A DNA stretch of 64,000 nt from Setoptus koraiensis (taxonomy: Eukaryota; Animalia; Arthropoda), in NCBI GenBank assembly GCA_048013815.1, contig CM106586.1:6696001-6760000 (forward strand), read 5' to 3'. Numbering within the stretch: the first letter of the stretch is position 1; each line of letters opens with the position of its first letter. The notes below the pieces were generated by a model. It was not told the origin of the DNA, made no database searches, and was given only the letters and a program-made list of their open reading frames with translations. Below are positions 13,132-25,900 of the stretch, piece by piece. A program made the position numbers and the translations under genes.

Positions 13132-15244
13132 GGGGCCTGTCCCTGTCGAGCGGTGGGCTCACCTGTGCCCAAGTGTCGGTGACAATGTTGCCCAATCCGT
13201 GGCCATAACGCCAATCCGTACATATCCGCAGTGTATAATGCGCAGTGTATAAGGCGCAGTGTATAAGGCGCAGTGTATATGGCGCAGTGTATTCGAGCGG
13301 CAACAATAATTGTATATTGCGTAATCGTATGCAAATTGTGAATTGTCGACTGTGTTTTGTTTTGCGTTCAACACACACACACACACACACTCACACCAGT
13401 CAGTTTGGCCAATTTGGCCAGTGAGTCGCCCAATTTCAATTCATTGGCGCCAAAAGAAGACGCCGTGCAGTAAGTGTGAGAATTTCGCAAATATCGCAAG
13501 CATCGTTTCGAGACTCGAGCGGTCATCTTGTCAGACCAATCTCAGACGATCTCAGGCGACTTTGATTGGGCATCCGAGCGCATCAAGCGAGTGATCGAGC
13601 AAATTGTTTCCCTCGTTGCAACAACAACATAATGTGTTTCAACTCGAATAACAAACTTGCAATTACACCAGACAGATATAGTTATGTAATAGTTGCGCAA
13701 TAGCAGCACATACATGTATATTTATATATGATGTTCGTTTGATTTTGCACATCCGTCTAATGCGATTCGATGCGCCATTTTGAGATTGTTTGTGTTGGCA
13801 ATTTGAGTGTGTCCGCTCATTTCAGCTGATCTGATTAGGACGGGCCGAATTGCGCAATCGAAGCATGTAAATTGTTTTATTGATGGCCGCTATTCATGCC
13901 CAAATTAAACCTTTGCACCCGATTAGCCTTGCACTGTCAGAGAGTTCACATGTGAATATGGGCATAATTCATGTGACTGCATAATGCATGCACAATGTAA
14001 TGCAAAAATATATCATGTCTCGCCGGCCGTCATTACGCGTACAAAATAGCAATGAAATGAAGATAAAAAGTAGCCGAGAAAATAAATAATGACCAGCCAA
14101 ATAAATAGGCTATCGGAATGTGAATCGGAATGGGGCCAGGCCAGCACAATATCGGTTAGTATTAGTGTGTCAGCAGTACACAGCCGACGAATGGGCACGC
14201 TGGGCATCTAATGAGCGTCTCGATATTGTCTTAGCTAGATATTGTCTTGGCTGGGTATCGGCAAGATCAAATCGCAGGTAAGACAATGTCAGGAGTGCCA
14301 GTTTTGTGAGCGAGAGTCGTTGCCATGACATGGCCGTACATGTATCGCCTGTATTTGTGGGCCTGAAATTATCTGGAGCAGCGGCCATTGTGAGCGGCTT
14401 TCTCAATAAATATCGAGAAAGCATCATGTAGGCGATCAATGATTTGGCCTTGAAAAATCTCGCCCGCGCGGCCATTGTTGACCGGTGGTGCCACTACGCT
14501 GGACTGTGCACTCTACACTAGAGATGCGGCCAGACGGAGAGATCGATGCAACGAGATCGATTGCAACGGGATCGATGCAACGAGATCGACGCAACGAGAT
14601 CGATTGCGCAGTAACAAGCGAGAGAGCAAAATGTGAACACAATAAACACCGATTGGAAAGTCGTCTCATAATTACGATGCGGCCATAATTGCCCACTGGT
14701 TGGCACACTGACCAGTGAGCGCTGGTCAGTGTGGAGCCAAGTGAGCGCTTGTTGTGCCAGCATTGTGTGCAGCAAATAAACAAACAAAAACAACATGTTA
14801 CATAATGCTAGATAATGGTCATTATCTTAACAACTTTTTTTCTCTTTCTCATATCTCTTTTTTCTCCGATTTCCGACGCCCGCAACACAAACAATGGTTC
14901 CGTCAATGGTTGCGTCAATAGAAAGCGGCAGCGGCAAAATGAGCATCGTCGTGCCAACAACCACAGCAACTACTCTGGCCACTCGAGCTCATCCCAAGCG
15001 CACTCACCTGATGATTGTCAGACACAAAAACAATCGATAGACACGATTCATTATTTATTGCTACTTATTATTTATTTATTATTTATTATTACCTATTTAT
15101 TATTTTTTCATCTAGCAAGATCTCCCCCTCATTTCACTCTGTCTAGCTCTGTCTGACGGCCAGTAAGCAACATCAACACAGAAATCATCATCTGTGTGAG
15201 TCTCATGCCGTTGCCATTAATTAAGAACAACAACAACAACAACA

Positions 15245-18200
15245 ATGGACAAAGATTGTTTCAACTTTTGTAACGGACACTCCACCAATCAGCTGCTTGT
15301 GACAGCGCCAGCGCAAGCAGCTGATTGTCACGACTGTCATGCTGATGCAGGCTGCTCATTGAATACAGCACAACAACTACTTATTAAAACACTGACAAGG
15401 TTACGTCACGATGAGCCAGCAACTGGCTCGTTCGTCTGCCCTCCAGGTGACTTGCCGCTTGCTTGCAATACAAACAACCGGACACTGTTGCGATGCAACT
15501 CGGCAAAAACTCGTGACCACAGCAGCGAGCAGCGATCATCACACAACAAGCCGGACAACGCGTCGCGCCAGCAACAACAGCAGCAACAACCACAGCAGCA
15601 ACAACCACAGCAGCAACAACAACGAGGCCTGTGCAGTAACGGTAAATTATACGAGCAGCAGCAGCAGCGCAGCGTTTGCAGCACAGTGGGCGAGCCGTCA
15701 GCTGGCGAGCTGTCAGTGGATCGCGGTCAGCTGATGGTCAATCAATTATGTCAAGTTGGGCCAACTGGGTGCTGCCAAGTTGTCACAATTGTCACCGGCA
15801 GCGACACTGGCGCTGCCGACCGAGCGCCCGTGCTCAGTTTGTGCTGGGCCGGTGATTTACCGCAAGGTGGCGTGGTTAATTTTGAGCGTCTTATTTACCG
15901 TTGTGTTTGTTATTATTACAGATATTATTATTGTCATTATTTTGTTTATTATTGTTACAACTACTATCACCTATATTGTTGCTATGTTACCAAGCATGGT
16001 TGTTACTACTTGAACAGTTGCCACCGAAGCTGTGACCGCCGGCCCCACTGCGGCCCCACTGCTCGCAAGCGCCCCTCTGGTGGCCGAAGCGAACAATGGT
16101 CAGTCGGCTCTTTCATTGGCCAGTGTATGGCCAGTGTGGCCATGTCAGCTGATTGGCCAGGTTGCGTGATCCAGTTTGCGTTGGAGCATTGCCAGTACTG
16201 GCCAGACTGCACTTGTTTCAGTGCTCCAAATGACGTCTATGATGAGCACCATGACGGAGGCGCGCACCATGACGAAGATGCGCAAGATGCGCAACAAAAC
16301 GAAGGCAAAACAATGATTGTTGTTGTTGTTGCTAAACGTGCACAAGTGCATAATTGTCACCCTTCAGCACAGCGGCAACAGCAACAACAACAACGACAAC
16401 AACAACAACACCGACAACAACAACACCGACAGGTGAACAAGAGCTGCCAATTGGAACAACAGCAGCAACAACAACAACAACAGCACGGTTTGCATTTGTT
16501 GCTGCCGGCGAGCATGACGGGCATGCTGAGCAGCGGCATGACATGCGCCAATCAAATCGCCAACGCAACCGTTATTCTAGCTTGTTACGTCGGCCAGGTG
16601 AGCGCCATTGCAGGTTGCACTTGTCATAGTGACCAGTGGGTTAGTTGCGCCAACTATGACGCAACAGCAACTACTGATGCGGCGACCCGTTATGTCCGTT
16701 GCCATGTTAACGTGCGTTTAGGCGCACCGTACGCACCGTGCGTATGTGTGTCGCGTATGGGGGATCAGCGGCTGCAGCACATGATAATCGGGTACGATGA
16801 TGATCACGATTATGCACAACAATTACTGTATTACATAACAGCGGCAACAGCGGCAACAACAACAACAACAGCAACAACGACAGCGGCAACAGCAACAACA
16901 ACAGCAACAACGACAGCGGCAACAACAACGACAACAGCAAGCCATTGTAGGCTAAATCAACAGGTCAATAATTGCAATGTCATGGACACTGGCTCGATTG
17001 ATGGCGGGCTTTGTTGTTGGCTGGCCTATAGTTGGCGCAATAACGCAATAACGGCACCGCAGCGCTCGCTAGCCTACATGAGCTGTCACAATTGCGCAAT
17101 TTCACCTTATTATTATTATTATCATTATTGTTGTTATTGTTACGCAACGAGGCGCGCCGACGGGCCGCCAGAGCAGCGCTTGTCTCGTCATCGGATCAGC
17201 GCAGTGGCAGCCGATTTGAGTGGCGAGGCGGCGCAGTATTGCGCAACAGCGGCGCCGACCGGTGCAATTGTTATTATTCATTATTATTATTATTATTCAA
17301 TTGGTCGCGTTATTGAATATCGTGCCGGCGACAATGATTTTCTGGTGCAATCGCAGCAACGACAACAACAACAACAACAACAGCAACAACCGACTCACAC
17401 ACAAACTCAAACGGACCGGTCTAAATCCAAATGGTCGGCACATGAGCCGTCGGCGTCGCGCCGGCGGATGAGCCAACAAGAGCCAACGAGCGGCTTGTTG
17501 TCATGTCATAATAATACAACAAGTATCAAAACAACAACAACAACAACAACAGCAACAACAAGCTGCAATTACGACAGCCAGTCGGTGGTGTCGATGTTGC
17601 TGTTGTTGCTGGTGCTTATTATTAAAAAGCACACCAAGAGGAACAAGAGCAACATCGCAAATGGTGATGCAACACGTCAAGACAATAGACCGATGTTGAT
17701 CATTGCGCAACATACTTCGGCGCGGCCTTGTGAGAGCGCGGGAAAACAGTTATACGCAACAACAACAACAACAACAACGCCAACAACCGGCGCCAACAGC
17801 AATAATGATGATGACGATGGCGCGAGTGGGAGTGGCAGCGGAGCTAGTTGCTTGCGGCGGCCGCGGCGGCAGCAGCAACAACATGCAGTTGTAAAAGAGA
17901 ATTTCCGCTCGCGTATCGGACGGGATGCGGCCGAGCGGCCGGGCCGACAGCAACATCAAGCCAACGAGAGCAGTGCCGTCAGACAGGTGAATTGTCCGTC
18001 AAACGCTAACCATGATCATCATCATACTGGCCGCTCGTTGGCGTGCCACAAGCACGGACAACAACGGCAACACCAACAGCTGATGGCCTGTTACTGCTCA
18101 CCTGTCCGCTCACAACTGTCACAAGTGACAGGACAACAAACACACAACAGCGACAGCGACAACAACAACAACAACATCAACAGCAACAACAACAACAACA

Positions 18201-21200
18201 ACATCAACACAAAACGATCAGCTACCCTTTTGATGCCCTCGAGTGCCCTTGATGGGCAGCTCGTAATTGACGACGATGCCCGCACGACGCAAACGATGCC
18301 AGCGCATAAATGTGGGCCACCGCTGACAACAACAGTTGCGGTTCGTCTGGCCGTGGAGCAGCAACGAGCGGTCAAGCGACGAGCGGCCGAGCGACGAGCG
18401 GTCAACGCGAGCAAGGGCAAGTCTCAAAAGTCATCGTATGTGTCCGTGCAGCTGTTGCTGTTTTGCGCGTGGCAACTAATTTGCATAATTGTCGCCAGCA
18501 CGAGCTGGACAGGTGGCAGCTCGTTCGGGGTGGCCGCCGACGCGGCTCACAGCGAAACCAAACAACGACAACAGCAACAACAACGACGACAACAACAGCA
18601 CGAGCAGCAGTATAGACGAATGTTGTACAACTTGCACACGGACGACGCAGGGCGCCAACAGCAACAGGTGAATGGGGGCGACGACGAGCCCATAATTATG
18701 CACTCGGGTCACACCGGTCAGCTGGGCCTGCTGAACGAGACGAGGCTCCGCCGGAGGCCCGCGATCAAGGTCGAGCTGCCGTACGTTGTGGCATTGAGCA
18801 ACTCAATTGGCACCAACAACAACACCTCCCACAACAGCCGCTCGCCCGCACAGGTGAAGCAAGCGACCGGTCAGGCTGGCGTTGGCACGGGCGAGCAGGA
18901 GACCGCCGGTGACAGCTTGCCGGGTGAGCAGCATCAGCAATTGCGCGCTATGGGCAACGAGCCCGCGCATGTGCCGGGCTCCTCGGGCGCGAACGCGGCT
19001 GTGGCGCCCGTGGGTGTGGGGCCACCGTCGCAAGAGTTTGACACGCAATCGGACCAATCGGGCGGCTTCGCAGCCGATGGCCAGGGCTCCACAATAATAG
19101 CAGCAACCGCCACAATACAATCACACGAACAGCAACAAACGCGGCCGCAACAGTCCGCGGCCACCTTTTATCATTTGCACCAGACGGACAGGCACGCCCC
19201 AAAAGAGCAAACCGCGGCCCGGCTACCGGCTACCCAGTCGCCGCGACCGGCGACCCAGTCGGCGCTGGCCAGTGGCCCGCCGGCGGGCACCAAGAAGCAA
19301 GCTTCGCAGACTACAACCGTGCCCGCGAGCATGACGGCAGCGGACGCCGGCGCGGCCATAAAATCGCCGCCCGCGGAAACAAGCAGTGACACGCCCGCGG
19401 CTTGGATGACACTGCCCTATCGGGACAATCATCACGGGTCGGTGAGACCGCGCACGACTCCCGCCGCGCACGGGCCCGTCATTGCGGTGAACGATGCGCA
19501 AATGATGCAATCGTCGCCCCAGTCATCGAGCGACACCGACGGCGATGTCATAATTGTCAATGCGTCGCCGCACAACAAGACCATTCCCGAGCAGCATAAT
19601 GAGGATAATCCAGTCAATCATCAGTTTTACAGCGGGCGACAGCAAGCGATGGGCTTCAACAACACCGTTAGTTTGTTCAATCGCCGCCAGACGGCAACAA
19701 ATTCAGCGGCAAACAACCTGTTACATAACGGCAACAACAATCAACAATTGCAACTGCAACAACAGCTGGCCGCTCAACTTTTGGGCCGGCGCAACTCGAA
19801 ATTCACCCGCCAATCAACAACTTCCACCACGCCCATGACACCGGCGGCCGCGGCTGACGGAGCCCCTACGGGCGGGCCGGTGCAAGTGGCGCCCGCCAGT
19901 GCATCGACAACGCCGACGGTGGCGCCCAGCGCGGCCGCCGGCCCGACTACACCGGGCGGGCCCGCGGATCTGGCCACGGTCGTGTTGCACAATCGACACT
20001 ATGGCGTCAGTTTGCGTCCGCTCAGTGTGGCGCTGAGCGCCACGCCCGCCCCGCTATCCGGCGCCAGTGCGCAACAACAACGGACAACCGTACCGCCGGC
20101 CACAACTACAACCACCGGGCCGCCACTCAAGCAGCAACAACAGATCAACAACAACCTGTTGCCGCCGGGTAGCAACGGCAAGTATGAGACCGACGCGCAC
20201 GTGGTGCGAGCCGCAACCAACGCGGCCGGCGCCGGCAGCCCCACGGCCGCTCCCGCTGCGCTGGGTAGCACTAGCACTACCCAGAGCAGCGGCGAGGCGA
20301 TCACCGGAAACGGCCACGTGGGGGTGGTGCCCGTTCACGAGGCCGAATGGTTGTTGCGCAAAATGGAACTGCAACAGAGACAACCGCAGCCATTGTTGCA
20401 GCAACTGCAACAGCTCAATCCGTTGGGTCTATTGTCCGCGCTCAACAGGTGGTCACTGTCGGGCGGCAATGTTGCGCAAGCCGCGGCAGACGCACCGGCA
20501 ACAGCGCCAACAACAACCACGACAACAACAACCACGACGACGACGACGACGACAAGTGCACCTCCGACAAGCCGATCAGCTGCCACAACAACGACAGCAG
20601 CAGCAACAACAACAACAACAACAACCGCTCCGTCGATTCTGAACAAACAAGCGAGTCTCAACAAGACCGCTGTAAACAATGGGCCCAACGAAGTTGCCGG
20701 CCCGCTCCGGCAGCAACCGACGACAGCGACCAGCAACAACAACAATAGAAAACATCAGAGTCAAACGAAGCATCATCATCCAAGCGTCGTAATAGGCAAC
20801 AAGCACGACGACGACGACCCGGCCGACGTACCCATTGTGCTGGGCAATCACCATCACGGTCGGCTCAACAAAATACCCGGCATCACCGCTCAGCAGGTCG
20901 CAGCCAGCGCCAGCAGCAACAACCAAACCAACAAAAATACCCACGCCAATATGATTAGGCGCGAAATACCCGTCACCACCACCGTGGCCGCTAGTAGCAC
21001 GACAATGAGACCGCCGGGCGCGCCCGTCGAGCCCGTGTTCAAGAGAGCGGCTCAACAGCAACATGACGGCGACCCGCTAGTCACAACTAACCAGCATAGC
21101 AGGCATTCGTCGAGCGTCTTCCCGCAGCAGCCCGGCGCCGTCAGCGGGCCCGCGTCGGACCGCACCACTCGGGTCGCGAGCCAGAGGTGGTCCAATGCGG

Positions 21201-22918
21201 CCGCCAATGTGGTCATGCAAAAGGTATTGCCCACCTTGTTGCACAAGACCCTGAGCAGCGTGCTCAAGCGATTCGGCCAATACTACAGCGGAACAACGGG
21301 CTCGCCGGCCACCACCGGCAACAACAACCAATCGCCGGCCGGCTATTCGCCGGCCGAGTCCGGCCTGGGCGCCGCGGGCCTCGTACAGGGACTGCAGGCG
21401 GCCAAATTGAACCGGCCCAACGCGTTACAAGCGACCGAGCCGGCCCGACACAACAGTGCCGGCGTGTCGCTAATAGACCGTTTTGTTGTCGTTGCCGGCC
21501 ACGCTAATTCGGCCGGCACACTAGAGGACGCCACTGGCGACAGTGCCGCTCGAGGGGGCCCGCATGCCAACAAGAAGATCATCGACTCGCTCATTGATTT
21601 GCCCACCAGCGAACGGCGCGCCTCTAGCCAGGTGCTGCTGAAACGATTCGGGGGCGTGATGCAAGGCGGGCCGGATTCGGACTTGCTCGATCTCGATTTG
21701 GATAGTGACAACGTTGCCGATAATGACAACGGCCCGGCGGCCAGTTCAGAGGCGGACTCGTCGCGGTTGGTAGCGGAAGCGCGCACAAGCGCGGGCAACA
21801 ATTACGCTCAGCAACAGGTACGCCAGTTGCGGTCGACCTCGGCGGCCCCGTCCGACGACGGGCGACTCGGGCTCCGCTCCAACGCGGCCGACAGCAACGA
21901 CATCGACGCAGACCAGCCGGCGCCACTGGACAGCAACAGCAGCGCGGATAATTTGGGCGTGAACGGGGATAATTCAGAGGATGGCGACGAGCGGCAATCG
22001 AGCGGCGGTCACTGGACGATCAGCGGTTCGGACGATGTTGCCAGCGGCGTCAGCGACAGCGCCGACGACGGCGCCGACGCGGATGCCGCCGACGACGACA
22101 ATTACGTGACGTACGATTATGGCGTGCCAACAAACAATTTGCACAAAATGAGCGACTCCGCGTCGCTAGATCCCGCCGAGGGCAAACCGTTGTATTATGC
22201 GGCGCACAGTTTGGCGGGTTTGGCAGCGCCGCAAGACCCGTCTTCGCCAACAGTGCGACCAATCAGGGAGAGAATAAACCCGTTCGGGCTGAACATGTCG
22301 GCAGCCGTGCGGCCGCAGCCAGTTGCACCGCCGACCAGCATCAAGCCAGCGGTTAGCAGCACTTCCGGTCAGCATGCGGCAGAGTTGGGCTTGCCGGTGG
22401 CGGGCGGAAACTCGGTCGGGCACGTCGAGCAAGCTGTAAGACGCCAACCAAACCAACAGCACAATAACCAGGCCAATCACAGTCACAGTGGTGGCGCCCC
22501 TAGTGGCGGAAGGCCGCACAAGAAAAAGCCCAATAAGCGCCGCAAGCCGGGCAACCATGCCAACCAGCAAGCCAACAACAACAACCACAACAGGCAACAA
22601 CCAAATCGACCAACAACAGCGACGGGCGCCGTTGTGCTGGTGCCACCAAAGAGAGCACCTAGCGGCAGCAGCGGCAGCCAGCAGGGCGCCGGTGGCGCCA
22701 GTAGTATGTTGTCGCCCATGTCGAGCTCTATCAATGTGCTTGATTTGGATCCGTCCATGACGCAATTGGCCCACAATAAGCTTATTGTCGCCAAGTACAC
22801 ACACAATCAGTTACGCAACAAGCTGGCCGGAGCCCGAAAACCGCCAAAGTCGGGCGGCCCGAACAGAACTGCGGCCGGAAGTCGTCCGTCGTCAGCACAG
22901 GACAGCAACAGCAGCAGC

Positions 22919-22974
<56 letters not shown>

Positions 22975-25900
22975 CGGCAACAGGTATCAGCGTTTGAATT
23001 CGACCGGAAGTCACCAGGCGGCCCCGTTCGCGTCCACTAACAACGGCATGCAAGTGCTAACCAACAATCACGTTAGCGACATAATCAATAGATGGACCAG
23101 ACCACCTGTAAGCACAACAACAACAACAACAACAACAACAACGTCAGCACCGGCCCGAATCACTGTGACAACAACAACCACGACTGCGCCACCTGTCGCG
23201 TCAGCACACAATCAGCACAAATTGCACAATCCGCTCTATCAATCCAACAGTGCCGCTGCCGGAACCGGAAGTAGCCGCGATCGCGCCCGGCCCAAGCCTC
23301 TGCAACCGTCGGTACAGGTGACTTCGTCCGCTCATAGGCCGACGCCGGCTTTTCTTGCGCTCAACAACAGCACCAACAGCAGCAGCGGCAATCCTCTGTT
23401 GCCGCTCGGGTATCCGCTCAGTACTCGCACAGCTTTGAATTATACTAGCAGCAATGCGGCCGCTCAGCAGCCGGCAGCAGCGACCGCTATTCTGGCCGGT
23501 GCCGGTGACATCACAGAGCCCGTCAACAGACCGCCCACGGGACAGCGGCTTCGTCCACGCCCGCCTCACATTGGCGGCTCGGCGGGTAGCGGCGTTCACT
23601 TGGCGCACAACAACAAACCAAACACACCCGTCAGCAGCACAACCACCAGCACCAGCACTACCACTGTTGCGCCCGTTGTCGTTTCGACAGCCGCGCCGGA
23701 AGCGAGTGCCGGAGCGGAGGTGGGGGCAGCGGCCAACGAGACTGCGGTCGGCCCGAACGATTCAACGGACAGACAACAGCAGCAGCAGAAGAATAAAAAC
23801 AGTTACTCTGTGGTGCTGATAAACAATAGAGAGCGCATCTCGAACAAGCAATCTCTGTTGGCTCATTTGCAAAACTCTATGGTGGTCAGTTCCAATTTGA
23901 AGCCGGCCTCGTTCGGTCAGGTGGATGCGGCGGCGCCGGCGACGGCCAGCAGCAGCAACCAGACCCAAGCGAAGCCGCAATCCGACATGTCGACGGTGAG
24001 CGTGTCGAATCAGTTCTCCAACGGCACCCAATTGTTGTTGTTGGCCGGAAATAAGCAGCAGCAACAGCAACATTTGGACGAGCCAACGATATTGGTGCGC
24101 AACCAGCACGAGCGACGGCCGCTAGGCAAGCCCGCGTCGAGCGGCGCCGGCCCGGCAAGCTCACAGTTGAGTCAAAATCACCTGAATGAGTCGACGATCG
24201 TCATTCGGCACGAGCCAGCGGCGGCCAACAGTCAGCTGTTGAGCGGTCGCAACGGACTCGTTTCCGGTCACGTTTCTCTATTGAGTCCGTTGGCTGTGCC
24301 GGCCACAAACAAACAACAGAATGTGTCTTCGTTGGGGTCCGGGCAGGCGCAGCAAGTGCCCGCTCTGCCAACGGAGCCCGCTGATTGGTCGGCGGCGCCC
24401 GATCATATGGCCATGAAATTGGTCAAAGACAATCATCAGCCGGGCGCCGGCGGCGCCCATTCGAACAACCGGAAACCCGCGGGAATGTGGGGCCCGTTCG
24501 GTGGCCAGAATAAGCAGCCGCAGCAGCAGGCCACCACAACCGCTAGCACGCCCATTTCTACCCGTAGCACTGATTCAAATGCATCTAATGCGGCATTGGC
24601 GGCTGGCGCAGATTATAGCGGCGCCGAGGCGGATGAACAGCAGGAAAATCTGATGATTACGGTGCCCACAATTGCCAACAGATATCTGGACGAATTGGTG
24701 AACGGCAGTCGCATTAGACCGTCGTCGATGGCCACGCAAACCAGCAGCACCAGCACAACGCCCTCTAGCCTGGAGGACGCGAGTAACGAGGGACCGGAAA
24801 TGGCTTCGGAGGACCGAAGCAACGGCGCCGGCGAGGATAATTCAAGCGACAGCAAGCACACAATGTCAATGGCGCAAAATAACAATCACAATGTCAGCCA
24901 AACCGGCGCCCAGCCTGAGCAGTATTTTTCGCGCAATCGCATCAATCCAATACATGCCATACTGAGCAGCGGAAACAGTATCAAGGGCCAGAGTGACACA
25001 ACAGTGACATACGTGCTAGAGAACACAAACAAATTGATCAATTACAAGGTGGGCAATCACTCGAACAAGCACGCGAACACGCGCAACAAGTACAGCGCCT
25101 CGACAGCGCACAGCCTCAACAACAACCTCAACAGCAACAACAACAGCGACAACAACCAAGATCAGCTGTCTGTCAACGCCAGCCGACCGTCGACTGTCGG
25201 CTACGATCACGAAGCCACCAGCACCGGCCGAGTTACCGGCAGCACGGGTAGCGCGGCCGTCAGTTCAGACGACAGCCGCTTGGAATACGATCATAGACAC
25301 CAAGAGATAAATGCAAACAACAACAACAACAACAATGACGTTTACTCGTTTGTGTCCGTGTCGCCCGTTGACGGTTCCACTCTGTCGTGGGAGCAACAAC
25401 AAATTGACAATCAGCCCATGATGACCACCACTAAGCGTGTTGTGCAACCCGTCACCCTGGGCTACGATTATTCCTATGTTGTTGTCAGCAGCAACAGCAA
25501 CAACAACAACACAACAACAACATCTAGCTCGGCCTCAATGCCAACAACTGACGCTGTCATAACTGACAGCAGCAGCATTGGTGGCAGCGATGAGGACGCC
25601 GCAACCACCGACTTGACCACCGTTGACACAACTGTATCCTCGAAACAGCAACCGTCCACTTATGCGTCCATCTCCGAGCTAGGTGGCGCCTCCGTCACCA
25701 CTGCAACCACCGACTACACCGGCGACTCCAACAACAGCGCCGGCAATAGCAACAACAACAACATCGGCAACAACAGCAACGACAACAACAACAGCAACAA
25801 CAGCAACAACCTGGTCACTTATTATCCGGTTGGGGGCAGCACGGCCACTCGAATGCAGCCACAATCAACAACGACGCTGACACCCATTGAGTTGCCCAAT

